Assembly: GCF_009914755.1 (NCBI RefSeq)
Contig: NC_060939.1
Length of the DNA: 64,000 bases
Reading direction: 5' to 3' (one strand)
DNA from: the human T2T-CHM13v2.0 reference genome, Homo sapiens
Below, in pieces: positions 47,954 through 64,000 of the stretch (position 1 is its first letter; each line of letters begins with the position of its first letter). A model generated the notes under the pieces. The model was not told the origin of the DNA and ran no database searches. It saw only the letters and a list, made by a program, of their open reading frames with translations. The translations under genes were made by a program, and so were the position numbers.

Positions 47954-49166
47954 TCATTTTCACTACTCTCTCCTTCAGCCGCAATGATCCATTCCATCAT
48001 CTAACATTAATTTAGTAAAGATTTACTAAATCCCTTCTCTGTACAAATCATTTTATAGGATCTGAGTAAAGATACAGTGATTAGCATATGGCAGCCCTTG
48101 TCCTTTGACATGGCAAGAACAACTTTTCCTATTTTCAAGAGCTTGAGTATTCTGTCACTAATAGATCTAAAACTATCCAAGTTTACCTGGCCAACTTTTT
48201 CCCTTAAACTTCTGCCTCCCTTTTACAAAACTTCAAAAAAAAGAATTCCAAATTTAATCATGCTGTTAAAACAGATTTTCACATCATCCCGTAGTTACAT
48301 AAAGGGCAGTCTCCTTAGCTCATACTTAAAATCATATCTTTTCAACCCTTGAGTATTGTTACCATTACCTCAAACGATCATACAGCTACTGTCTTTCAGG
48401 TTATTCACAATACAATAATTTGAATATGCAAAAACACCACGGAATTTAAATGAAAAGTAACTAACGCACCCTACTCCCCTCAAAAATCAATTAATAAAAT
48501 TTGTAATTTCAACAAATATTTTTGAATATTTACAAATCAGAAACAAAAATGGCTAACTGGAAACACAAAACAGATAAAAGATTTGGTAAATTAACCCAAC
48601 ATGCAATTTTGAAAAATGTAAATTTAATTTTTACTTAATAAGTGATTTCTCAAAAAGTAACATTAATAAAGGGCATTGTCAGAAATTTTGAGTCTTTTAG
48701 GAGTGAAAACATCTGTTTGAACTAAAACTAGGAGACACAGAATGATGAGAACATATGAAGTTTTAGCTAAATATCCATGAATTACAAGGTTATTCTCTGT
48801 TGGTTTGGAGTACTCATTTACACACTAATACTCAGCTTTAGGAATTTAGGGCTCATTAACTTTGCTAAACATGGAATTTAGCGTTTTTTTTAAAACTACT
48901 TATTTCTTCACTATTTTTATATCCAAGTATACTCTTCTCATTACTCACAAAGGACAAATCTTCACCAAGCCCCTGCCCCTACAGTCAGGATAGTAATTTC
49001 ATTCAAGCATCCCTTGAAAGCAATTATTTATGCTCGCTGCAGAAATTAGGGTAAATTTGTTGTGGTCCCATTTATTTTCTGGAGATTGGCGATTACATGT
49101 AAAATAATTTGAACGCTTGATAGATAGACTCATAAATATTTGGTTAATACAAGTAAAGCAGGGGGA

Positions 49167-49784
<618 letters not shown>

Positions 49785-50029
49785 TTACTTTCTTCTTCAT
49801 CCCTTTCAGTGTGGCCACTATTTATAATGCAGTTTGGTTCATTAGTGTTTGTATTCCAAAAACACCCTCAGCCTTCCTATCCTAGTTTTAATGAATTATT
49901 AGGGTGAAACATAATAAGAGTCGGAGCTATACAGAAAGGTCTACTCAGAGGTGCTTTGTTCCCTCCTGTTCTGTTCCCACCACTCCTACTTTCCACTACT
50001 TTTTCCACTGACCCTGTGAGCATCATATT

Positions 50030-50480
<451 letters not shown>

Positions 50481-50869
50481 TATTTTTCTGACACCAAGGC
50501 CTGTGTGTAAACTGTAAAAGGGCTGTTTGGTGCCTGCTTTCCTAAAGTTGTCTGATCCCTTCTCAGTCCAGGTCTTCCTGAAGCTTGGCACTTCTGAAGT
50601 CACCTTTCTGAAAACATTCTGGTAACTGTTAGATCCCTTGTTGTAGCTATTCATATGTTCTGTGTGGTTAAACAAGGTTCACAGTGGGCCACCTGGCCTT
50701 TGGAACTTGGCTGAAGAGGCTGCCTTCAGTTCATCCTCCCCACCCCCATTTTCAAAACATGGGTTTCCATGTGTTCGTTGTAAATTAGGAAACATAACCA
50801 TGTTTTGAGGCTTCATAGAAAACAAACGTCTGGGGTCACACAGGTTAAAGGAGGAACCAAATTCAGCAC

Positions 50870-51700
<831 letters not shown>

Positions 51701-52130
51701 AGACTGGCTCAGACAATGAGGGGGTTTATTGGCCGTGTAATTGGGAAGTCCAGAGGCTCTAGGACTACAGAAAATTATTATTTAGTATTAGTTTGACAGC
51801 AACACCTTCTGTTTTCTGGGAGCAGGAGATGCTTGTCAAGCTGTAGGTCACTGAGTTGAATATTATCCTGCTTTATTAAATTGCCAAGGGCACAGTAATT
51901 GTTGAGAGGGGAGAAGTACACATGAAAGAAAACATGACCAGCTTAGAAATGTCAAATGATTATGACGTTGTTATAAAGTATTATAATTCTTTGAGCGTCT
52001 ACTATAAGTAGAGAAACTTGAGTTCCAGGTTGTGGGCTTGGTTCCGCCAACAATCAGGAACGTGGTTTTGCATGAAGCCCTTCTTTCTTCTATAATCTTC
52101 AGTGTCCTCACCTGCAAAATGAGGCCTTTA

Positions 52131-52146
<16 letters not shown>

Positions 52147-52177
<31 letters not shown>

Positions 52178-52456
52178 AGACGGAGTCTCGCTCTGTCACC
52201 CAGGCTGAAGTTCAGTGGTACAATCTCTGTTCACTGCAAACTCCCTCTCCTGGGTTCACACCATTCTCCTGCCTCAGCCTCCCGAGTAGCTGGGACCACA
52301 GGCACCTGCCACCACGCCCAGCTAATTTTTTGTGTTTTTAGTAGAGATGGGGTTTCACCGTGTTAGCCAGGATGGTCTCGATCTCCTGATCTCGTGATCT
52401 GCCCGCCTCAGCCTCCCAAAGTCCTAGGATTACAGGTGTGAGCCACCACGCCCGGC
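52147..52456 (-). mobile_element. AluY with (TA)n at the tail
   Basis: TSD aggccttta. Confidence 0.95.
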
Positions 52457-53090
52457 TAAGGCCTTTATTATACTATGGTTCCTACTGTTTTTTAAAATAC
52501 TTTTATTAAGTCCAACATTTTTATTAAGAACATTGCTTTTATACATGCCTATTTATGAAAGGGGTTTTCGAGTGTTTACCACTTTTTATTAGAAATAGAG
52601 ACAGTAAGAATGTTTGACTTAATTGACACAGGCATAATTGAATGGGTATAAATGGCATGCCATAGAAAGAGAAAATTAAGTTGAGCTACTCTGTTGGTTT
52701 CACTGATGAGGGGATACATCATTCAAACAGCCAGGAATTAAATCCGTCCAGCTCACAAATGGGGAAACCAGCTGTGTCTGTACCCATGGCCAGCCAGACT
52801 GAACACAAATCAGGAAAGTCAGTAACTTTTCCTCAGTTCTGAGGGACTTCAGTGGCTGCGGTTCATTTTCCTTTTGCTTCTGAAACAGTGCAAGTTGATG
52901 CTCGCCTGGACAGAGCGGCAGTGAGTGGTGGCGTCTGAAGGCCAGGTCTCTGTTGAGATGACAACACGTCGTCTCCCAGTGCCCAATGCATAGAAAAGAT
53001 ACACTACTAAGTGTGAGATGCTCAGTGAAAAATAAAATCTGGGGTTGAATCATCATGGGGGATACTGCATACTCTGTTTCCCCCCTGCAG

Positions 53091-53153
53091 ATTTCCAATG
53101 CTCATTAGTTTATAGAGACTCTGAGAATTCCTACAGCAAAGGCACCTGCCGAG
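53091..53153 (+). other. Candidate spliced exon (63 bp)
   Basis: ctctgtttcccccctgcag| acceptor; GAG|GTACTT donor (moderate). Confidence 0.35.
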
Positions 53154-53762
53154 GTACTTACAAACTAGTTTAGCTAAACCAGACTTTCAACAATTGGTTA
53201 CTAAAGACCACTCAAAGTCTGTCAACACTCTGTCATCTCTATGTAATGATAGAAACATAGAAATTCAGGGTAAATGTTTAGAAATTTCTATAGAAACTTG
53301 ACATTCTCCCAGCATCTGTATGTGACATCAGGGGACTTGTCTCAATGAGCAGTTACAGACCAACTCAGGTTTTGTCAGACTCGATGGAAAGATGCAGAGG
53401 CTGTGAGCTGCAAACGAGTCACATACACAAGGACCACATTGCAAGCTGCGTTCTTTAAGGTTAGTTTGTCAACTATAGTATAATCTCACACATCTGAAAA
53501 ATGGGAACATCTATTCTATAAAGTCTTATTTTTGCAATATTAATTTTAAATCAAGCCAATGTTAGCATTATTAGTGAAAACAAAAGAAAGTTGTATTATT
53601 TATTATTAAACCTAATTTGAGAGTGAAATAAATTGTATTAATTTTTTTAACCAATAAAAGATGCACCTTGTAAACCAAGAGATGATTATGAAAGTGATTC
53701 TGAGGACATGAAGACCAAAGGAGTTTGTCCTCGTTTTACTCAGAAGTACTATTTCTAATGGA

Positions 53763-54393
<631 letters not shown>

Positions 54394-54413
54394 TCTTGAA
54401 TTTGGTTTTACAG

Positions 54414-54497
54414 GCATAACTGAAGGTGAAAGGACAGAATCACCGTGTGTTACTGGCACAGATGCATCGGCTAGTGAAGAAAGAAGACATTCAAACT
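54414..54497 (+). other. Candidate spliced exon (84 bp) of a plus-strand lncRNA or GOLGA8-upstream transcript
   Basis: tttggttttacag|G acceptor; ACT|GTAAGT consensus donor; purine-rich, enhancer-like body. Confidence 0.5.
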
Positions 54498-55186
54498 GTA
54501 AGTTGCATTCACGTGGGAAGCACAAAGAATTAAATTCAAAACAATGAAACATTAGAGAAAACCATGGAGTTAAAACACAACAGAATCAGATGTTTACTAT
54601 TTCTCATTTTAACACTAGTGCTTTGCGGGCTTCTAATAAAGTTGTACTCCAGGAGGCTAAGACTGAAAAGTGACACTAGTGAAAAGTAGCATTGAAATAG
54701 TTCCTTAGAAAAGTTGGGTGAATGTGGGGCAAAGATGCTACTAAACTTTAATTTTCCATCGACACACAAATTCAAAGTTTTCCAGAACTGGCAAGTAAAA
54801 TGGAAGATCCACTCACAGGACACATGCAGTGTGTGAGGGGAATGCTTTTCAGCACTTCTTGATGGATGCACAAATAATGCCAACGTGGTAAATGTCTTTG
54901 GTAAATGTGCAATGGAATGTAGTGGTTGTGTGAAGGAAGAATTTTGTTTTCTGCTTCATTTTTGATAAACACAACCAGCTCTGGACTGTGTGAAACCATG
55001 GAGCACCGCACAGTTAACAGAGGTGGTTTGGAGTTTTTTAGCTTTGCATAAGAGGATGTTCTGATGCAGAATCTACAGTGACAGGAAACCATTCTGGACA
55101 AGTTACAGAATTAAGGGGCTTGTGCCGGGATGGAAATAAATCAATGACTTCTGTCTTTGAGAAGGTTTTTCTCTGCTCCTCTGTGA

Positions 55187-55485
<299 letters not shown>

Positions 55486-58167
55486 TTTTTTTCCTTTTCT
55501 TTTTTTTTTTCTTTCTTTCTTTCTTTTTTTTTTTTTTTTTGTTAGTCCTTCCCTCCAGTGTCGTGGAGATAATTGGAAAATATTTTAGAGCAAAAAAGTT
55601 TATTTCTCCTTCTTGTTGTTAGCAAAGAAATTTATTTTTCCTTCTTGTTATTTATTGGCCTTGGAGACATACACCAAATAGCTCATTCTACTTCTGAAAT
55701 TTTGTTTTGATTTCCCTGGCCCTCCCCACGAAGTATTTCAGATTAGCAGGGAGTCAAGCATTGTCTGTCTGTCTGTGAATAAAATATTTCAGGCTGCTTT
55801 TGCATAATATACATGCTCTTGCCTTTAAGAGTCACACTCACATCTTCTGGTTTTGTAAGACACCAGGTAGAGAAGAAAACAATGTTTCTGAATTCTGCTT
55901 TATCAGCCCAGTAGAGAACTCCTCCCTTCCCTGAACTGAGGGCCACATCTAAGGGGTTGAAACAGGGCCAGTTACATTCTATGTTCCCAACATAATTGTC
56001 CATGCACGGATCCAATCAAGTTAAATGAGAAATAGGATATTTATTCTAAAAACAAGTTATTGCTACAATAATAATAATACTATAGTAATATTATTCTAAT
56101 AATGATATTAGAATAAAAACTGGTTATTAAAGTACTAAACAGTTGAAAATCTAAATGTCTCACAAGGTCAACTATAGCAAGTATATAAGATTTCGTATTA
56201 GTCGCACGTCAAAAATTATATCCATAAAAGTAATGACATATGAAAACAGTTTATTGATACAGATATAACAAATATAACTAAACTGTGCTGAAATGTATTT
56301 TAAAATAAAATATGCCAAAATATTATTGATGATGACTTTGGATGATGGTATTACCACTAAGGTTTCAAATTTAATTTGCCTCTTACTTCTGAGTACTTTT
56401 ATAAATTTTTAAATAATAAAATTAGTGTGTTAAAAAATATCAAGTGATATCTAGAAATCAGAAAAAGGCATATTGCCAGAGGAGGACCGAGTTAGTAGAT
56501 TTGAGGCTCCATTAAGTTTTGTTTATGATCAAAAAACAAACAAAAACCAGGCAACAGTGGCAAAAAATATCTCACTTCCTTCCTGGAAAAGTAAATGAGA
56601 CTACAAAGAATTTCCAAACTTAAAAACTATACATTTCAAGTCTGTTCATAACTAGTGAAGTCACAGTTTCTGAAAACAATGATAAAATTTTAATTGATAT
56701 TTAATTCATATTTTTTGTTTAAAAAACTATCAGTATTGGAAGATAAATTTCATGGGAAAAGCATTGAATCATTAAGTTTTGCAGTCACAAAGGTAAATAT
56801 AATTTGCTTAATGCTGCCCTCAGTTTACAATGAGTCTTTAGTATTTTCTAAGCTATGAGTTCACCAAAATATCGGATTGTTTTGCTGTATATAATTTGCT
56901 CAGTGATCAAACACTAAGGAGTTACCTATGTTAAGATGTGAATAATAAATTTATGCAAAATTTATGAAAGTGTACATTGTAAAGACAATAAAACTTTCCA
57001 TTAAATTGGTGGGAAAGGAGCTCAAAACCTAGCTGGGTGATTCATTATTTTAATGACTTCCTGCTTTACTGCAAAACCTCTCTCTTCATTCGGTGTTGGT
57101 AGTTTGAACCCCTGTTAAGGATATAGGCTCACAATGAAGCTTCTATAAATTTCTGGACCTCTGTCATGCTGGCATGTGTGTCATTCTCCTTTAGGAATGA
57201 TGAGGAGACTGGAAAGCGGTTGCTCCAAGGGAAGGGATAATTTTGCAAACCTGAGCTGTCTAAGCTCAGCATGAATTGGAGTGGGCTGCTGACTCAGGCT
57301 AGCAGAGGCAGCCAGGAAACATGCAAATCTGCAATCCGTTCTGCCAGGTCTGTCGCAGCAGGTGTCACTAAAGGCACCCCTGTGTGCTTGTCACTGTGGC
57401 AGCCTTGACAAGGAAGGTGGAAAGGAAAAAGAGACCCAGTGCTGAACTCCAAGCAGAGATGGGGCTTTTCTCTATGCATATTTTCCCTCCCCTCCCAGCC
57501 TGCATTTCCAATAACATATTGATTTATATTTGTATTATGAAACAAAAGTGGTTGTAATCAGATGTTCTTTCCTTTTACACACAATGTTAGCTCCTATTTA
57601 CATTCCTAACTGAACAATGTCTAAAGAGGTATTTAAACTGATGTAAAACGCAGATAATCTCATGACCAAATGCTTAGCGCAAGAAAAAACTTCAATTTGC
57701 AAGAGAAGTCCCTCCAAATACAGAAAGGACCAGTATTGTAAGAGGTACCTTAACTAAAATGTAGCAATGTAAGGCGCAGAGCAGGAAGAACTTTTAAGTC
57801 TGAAACTTACAACAAGTCAATTTCATAGTCAGTTTCCCTGGGCCTTCCACAACAGCCTCCGGCACCTGTTTTCTCTACAATGGAGGTAACAATAGTAGCT
57901 ATTTCAGAGTAGGAAATGGCTTAGAGCAGTGCTAGAATATGGTCGTGGCTATATAAAGTTTAGCTATTTGTATATTGTAAGAAACCTACGATGTGTTCTT
58001 TTATCGGTAGTCAGTAATGGATTTCTTGTGGGAAAGTAGCAGCCTCCTATGGGGGGAACACCCGCAGGTCCCACTAAGTGAACACTGGTGTCTGCTAACC
58101 TTTGCCTCTATTTGTCGCAATAATATACTGTCAAGCTGTTCCTTGAGTTAGCAATTTTATTTACATT

Positions 58168-59611
<1,444 letters not shown>

Positions 59612-60043
59612 AACATGTAGATGTTACCTCATTTGGAAAAAGCATATTTTCAGGTATGATTAAGTTAAGGATCTTGAGGAGAGATTATCCTGGATTGTCT
59701 CCGTGGGCATTAAATCCTGGCACATATATCCTTATAAGAGGGAGATAAAGGAGATTTAACTTCAGACAGAAGAGAAGGAGGCCCTGTGACCAAGAAGGCA
59801 GAGCCTGGAGTGGTGGAGCTGCAAGCCAATGAATGCCAGCAGCCATCAGAAGCTGCGCAAGTCAAAGGATGGATTTTCCCCTCAGCCTCTGAGAGCACTG
59901 GCTCTGCTGAGACCTAGATTTCAGCCCAGTGATACTGATTTTGGACTTCTGATATCCAAAACTGTGAGAAAATAAATTTCTGTTGTTTTAAGTCACCACA
60001 TTTTTGGTAATTTGCTCTAACAGCCACAGGAAAGTAACATACA
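59612..60043 (+). mobile_element. MaLR LTR (MLT1C/D-like), 5'-truncated
   Basis: tgattaagttaaggatcttgag...gattatcctggatt...aaactgtgagaaaataaatttctgttgttttaag...aacataca. Confidence 0.88.
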
Positions 60044-60589
60044 TGCCTACCTGGGTCCAGTTGTGTCCTGTGACTCCTGCTTTCCTGGGACAGGCAGGCT
60101 GCTCCGTGCCTCCTGGCCATCCTACTGGGTGCTGGATGCTGTAGGCTGCTCCATGCCTGTTGGCCATTCCCTTTGGTGCTGGACAGCACTCACATTGTGA
60201 AATCCACTGGCCCTGTGAAAAACACCTGGAAATGTTACCAGGAGAGGGGTTAGTTCTCTTTTTGGCAACCCATGTTATTGCTTATGGCTTAATATCTGTG
60301 CCTCCAAGATCCCTTCTCTCTGCCTTCATCGATGCCAGGAAAGCAGTCACCTTTTGCCTTTCTTTGCTTCTCAGCAAGTGGCATGTCTCCATGTCACTTT
60401 AAGCATCAAGCACACGGAGCCCAATAAGATGCTGAAAAGTGTCTGCCTACAAGGTTACAAGGCGGTGGAGACATTCTGAGCCGGTAACTGCAGGGCTCAG
60501 TAAAACCGCTACAGGAAATCTCAAGTTCAAAATGCTGAAGTGAAAAATGGGTGATCACAACGAAGGGAAACACAAACCCCTTCTTTTAA

Positions 60590-60980
60590 AAACATTATGG
60601 TGATAAGGCACAACATAAAATTTACCAGATTAGCCACTTGTAAGTATACAGTGCAGTAGTGTTAAAAATATACATGTTGAGTAACGAGTTTCTAGAACTT
60701 GCTTCTCTTGGAGAACTGAAACTATAGCCACTATACAACAACTCCCCATTTCTCTATCCCCTGGCTTATGGAAACAACCGCTCTATTTTCTGTTTCTATG
60801 AGTTTGACTAATTTCGAACCTAATGTAAGAGAAATTGTACAGCATTTGTCTTTGTGTGATGGGCTGATTTCAATTAGTGTAATGTTTTCAAGGTTCATCT
60901 ATATTGCAGCATGTGACAGGGCTTCTTTCTTTTTTAAGGCTGATAATTTTATAGTATTCCGTTGCATGGATAGACCACAT
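60590..60980 (-). mobile_element. L1MB/L1MA 3' end fragment
   Basis: aacataaaatttacca...gaactgaaactatagccact...tctgtttctatgagtttgact. Confidence 0.8.
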
Positions 60981-60988
60981 TTATTCAT

Positions 60989-61019
<31 letters not shown>

Positions 61020-61166
61020 TTGAGACAATCTCACTCTGTTGCCCAGGCTGGAGTGCGGTGGCATGATCATGGCTCACTGCAGTCTGAATCTCACATTCTC
61101 AAGCGATCCTGCCGCCGCAGCCTCCTGAGTAGCTGGGACTACAGGCACATGACACCATGCCTGGAT
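60981..61166 (-). mobile_element. AluJ right arm / FRAM with (TTTA)n
   Basis: gatcatggctcactgcag, ctcaagcgatcct. Confidence 0.88.
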
Positions 61167-61644
61167 ATTCGTCTTTCTGTGTAACTGGTTGAGAAACAGG
61201 GGAGTAACAGTGAAGAAACGGTCTTAGAATAAATCTGGTGACAGCAGAAGAGAATATGAGACAGATTGTGCTCACAGAGCCTTGAAGAGTGTGACAGTAT
61301 TTGAGGGCCACGCTGTTGTCTTAGAGTGAAGTGAGGCGAACCTGCACTGGTTTGGTAGTCATGGGAATGGAAGGAGGAAAGAAATGTGAAAGCTCATCGG
61401 TGGCAGAGTCAAAATGGCTTGGTCTTTGTAGTCAACGATTAAGTGAGAAGGAGGAATTACTGGCTGACTTAGAAGAAGTAAAAAATGTGAAATACCGATA
61501 AAACACAAATCTCGTGATTTTAGTCAGCGTAAAGACTAAGCATTGTGTGATTCTAGATATATTATTAAGCAGTTTTGTTCCAGTATTTTATATCCCATAT
61601 CTTCTAGCTATGACCCTATTTCTTTGTTTCTTGACATAGACAAA

Positions 61645-61950
61645 CATTTTTTAAACTAAGAGCTTTATTGTGATACAGTTTTTGTATGATAAGCCTCACC
61701 CTTCAAGTGTACAGTTCAGTGGTTTTTAGTATATTCAGAGTTATGCAGCCATTACCACTCCCTAATTTCAGAACATTTTCATCTCCCCAAAAAGAACCCC
61801 GTACCCACTAGCAGTCACTCCCTGTACCTCTCTCCCCCACCATTGATCCTGGCAACCTCTGATCTAACTTCTATCTCTGTAGATTTGCCTATCCTGGGCA
61901 TTTCATATAAATAGAATCATACAACAGTGGCATTTTGTGACTGATTTTTC
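61645..61950 (-). mobile_element. L1MB 3' end fragment
   Basis: aagtgtacagttcagtggtttttagtatattcagagttatgcagccattacca...cattttcatctccccaaaaagaaccccgtaccca. Confidence 0.85.
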
Positions 61951-63477
61951 TTTACAGTGATTATAAATCAAATGCCTGAAGACGCTAAGCTTAGGATAGT
62001 GTTTGCTGTACAACTTTGATAACTGAACTTTTGTAAAGCTGAAAATGTGACTGTGTCTGTATATGTGGCATATTATCCTTAGATGATCCTTACTTCGATT
62101 ATTAAGAATTTTTTCCCCTAGTAATCTTCAACTGTCTCAATATTCAGCAGGAACCCCTTGGAGACAAAGATCAGTACGAATTTGGAACACCTATTCACAA
62201 AATGAATGTAATTTAATTTAGTACAGTAGTAAAGTCAACCACTTTTAGGTGTTGATGCTGCTGAAAGTGTATATTAAGGAAAAGTTTACTTACCTTACTT
62301 TTTGTGGAGGTGCTAGAACTACTTCTGTCTTGTGTTTAGATTTCAAGAAACCTTTGCATGGGCATTATGTGGTTGCACAAATGTACTTCGTTTTGACCTG
62401 AAAATGCAAAAACTTCCTTTCTTCCCACTTTCTGAGACTCTGCAACCTTAAAGGAAGAGTGGGGTTCTTTAAAGGAAAGGTGGTGGTGGTTGGGTCATGG
62501 GTAACAATGTCTACTGTGTACTTCCTTTCCCAAAACAAGTCCCTGTCTACCGTCAGCATTTCCAAAACTTGAAGGTCAAGTGTGGTGTTAACTCATGAAC
62601 TAATGACTAGACTTTGAGCGGTTGTGGAAGCAAAATCTCAGTGAGTGCCTGGATGTTCTAATTCTGTTAAGTCAGTGAGTGCATATTCTGTACAATACTC
62701 TCTTAGCCCAGTGGCAGGTTTAAGGAGTGGGAGAGAGATTTCTGTGTTTCGGAAATCAGATACACAAAGAATAAAAATTTTTAATCCCATGAATCTTTGC
62801 CCGAGTTTAATTTCTTGGAGAGTTTTTCTTTTAGATTTTCTTTCCCTTCCATTAAACTTTTACTTAGAAAGGTCCCAGGGTTTGGGCAAAGCAAGTGGGA
62901 AAGACACTTGCTTGGGTTCTCCAGGATAAGGGATTGAAGAGGACTTCTTTCCCTCATTTTATTATTGAATAATGTCACAATAACAATTATTAAGGTGAAT
63001 AGTCTACAGTGGAAGTGTTTAGATGCCTTGTCTGCAAAATAATTTGGTTTAGTCAACCCAAGGATGCCTTTGGTTAGCTGGAATGGGAGATGTGCAGGTT
63101 AGAGTGGTCTTGGCAAGTCTTCCAGGGGGAAATACAGCATTTGGAAGGGTAGGAAGCAGAAGGAATCTCAGGCAAGGGAAAGGCGTGGGCAGAGCCCCGG
63201 AGGACAGAACAGGTTGTGGTGGACTTGGTGTCCACATAGACCTAATTAGTGGTCTCAGCTTTTGTGTTTTCAAAATTACCACAGTTTGTGTTCTAAAACT
63301 GTCATTCTCTTGATTTTATTTTAGACATACTATCTGTGTATTTTGAAATTTAAAATAACGGTAAAGGAGAAACGAATTTATTTTGTTTGAGAAAGAGTTA
63401 AAAGGTTAAAACATCTTGATCTTAATAATTTTCTAATGGGAGATTTGGTACACCCCCAGAAGTTGTCTTTGGTTCAG

Positions 63478-63616
63478 AGAATAGTCTTCAGATCTAGAAA
63501 GGACTTGAGAAGTCCCAGAGAGGTGCTGCATGGTCTGAACCATTTGATTCTCACGACAGAATGGATAAAAGCAATTTGAACCAGGAAACCATGCAGATGT
63601 TCATATTTTGGATAGG
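63478..63616 (+). other. Candidate non-coding exon (139 bp)
   Basis: gttgtctttggttcag| acceptor; AGG|GTAAGG donor. Confidence 0.35.
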
Positions 63617-64000
63617 GTAAGGTCAGTGCCGTCGTCAGAGGAAAAACTCTCGGCCATCACAGGATGGGAGAGAAAGTTTGAGTTGTGAAGAATACTCAAA
63701 TGCCGTTTAAGGAAACGGGTTCTTCTGCACCTATTCTTTGGAATATTTAGGGCTAAGTTCTTAGTTTTTGACATCACAAAAATGTCAAAGTATTCTGTTC
63801 TAAGAGCCATTTCAAACAACTGACTAGAATTTCAGAGCAATTACATGAGAGTAATACCATTAAAATGTTTAAATTACCCATAGTCCTATATCCCTAACAA
63901 GTATGTTCACGCTTGCATGTTCTCTTCTCATCTTTACTGTGTGCATACTTTCTTAGTAATGGCACGTAGACATTGTTTAAGCAGGAATAATTCTCGAGAT

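Noticed and set aside
61950-64000. GOLGA8 coding exons
   Set aside because: No golgin peptide is recognisable. If the locus call is right, the gene would start beyond the window end.

Overview
Human (primate) genomic DNA from a chromosome 15q segmental-duplication mosaic. No intact protein-coding gene is supportable. Positions 1514-15408 on the minus strand are an unprocessed (intron-containing) WHAMM pseudogene. It has six exons with canonical GT-AG sites, a CpG island over exon 1, and several disabling lesions: a 19-bp triplication, nonsense codons, a hairpin-derived +5 insertion and small deletions. It is most likely WHAMMP1 at 15q13.3, upstream of a GOLGA8 duplicon, but paralogs WHAMMP2/3/4 cannot be excluded without alignment. 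The rest is repeat-rich non-coding DNA: about 40 Alus, old L1/L2/MIR pieces, MaLR/ERV solo LTRs, and MER1A and MER47A DNA transposons, plus a few splice-site-bounded segments that may be lncRNA exons. Most ORFs in the track are Alu/L1 artefacts. I found no new multi-gene system. The most unusual signals are (1) a ~445-bp tandemly amplified sense/antisense Alu cassette at 58.2-59.6 kb with a strongly strand-asymmetric T>C excess resembling A-to-I editing fixed in DNA, (2) a nested AT-rich palindrome between inverted Alu pairs at 40.3-41.8 kb, and (3) template-switch-type hairpin mutations, one of which frameshifts pseudogene exon 3. Repeat subfamily names and WHAMM comparisons come from my recall of consensus sequences, not from a search.
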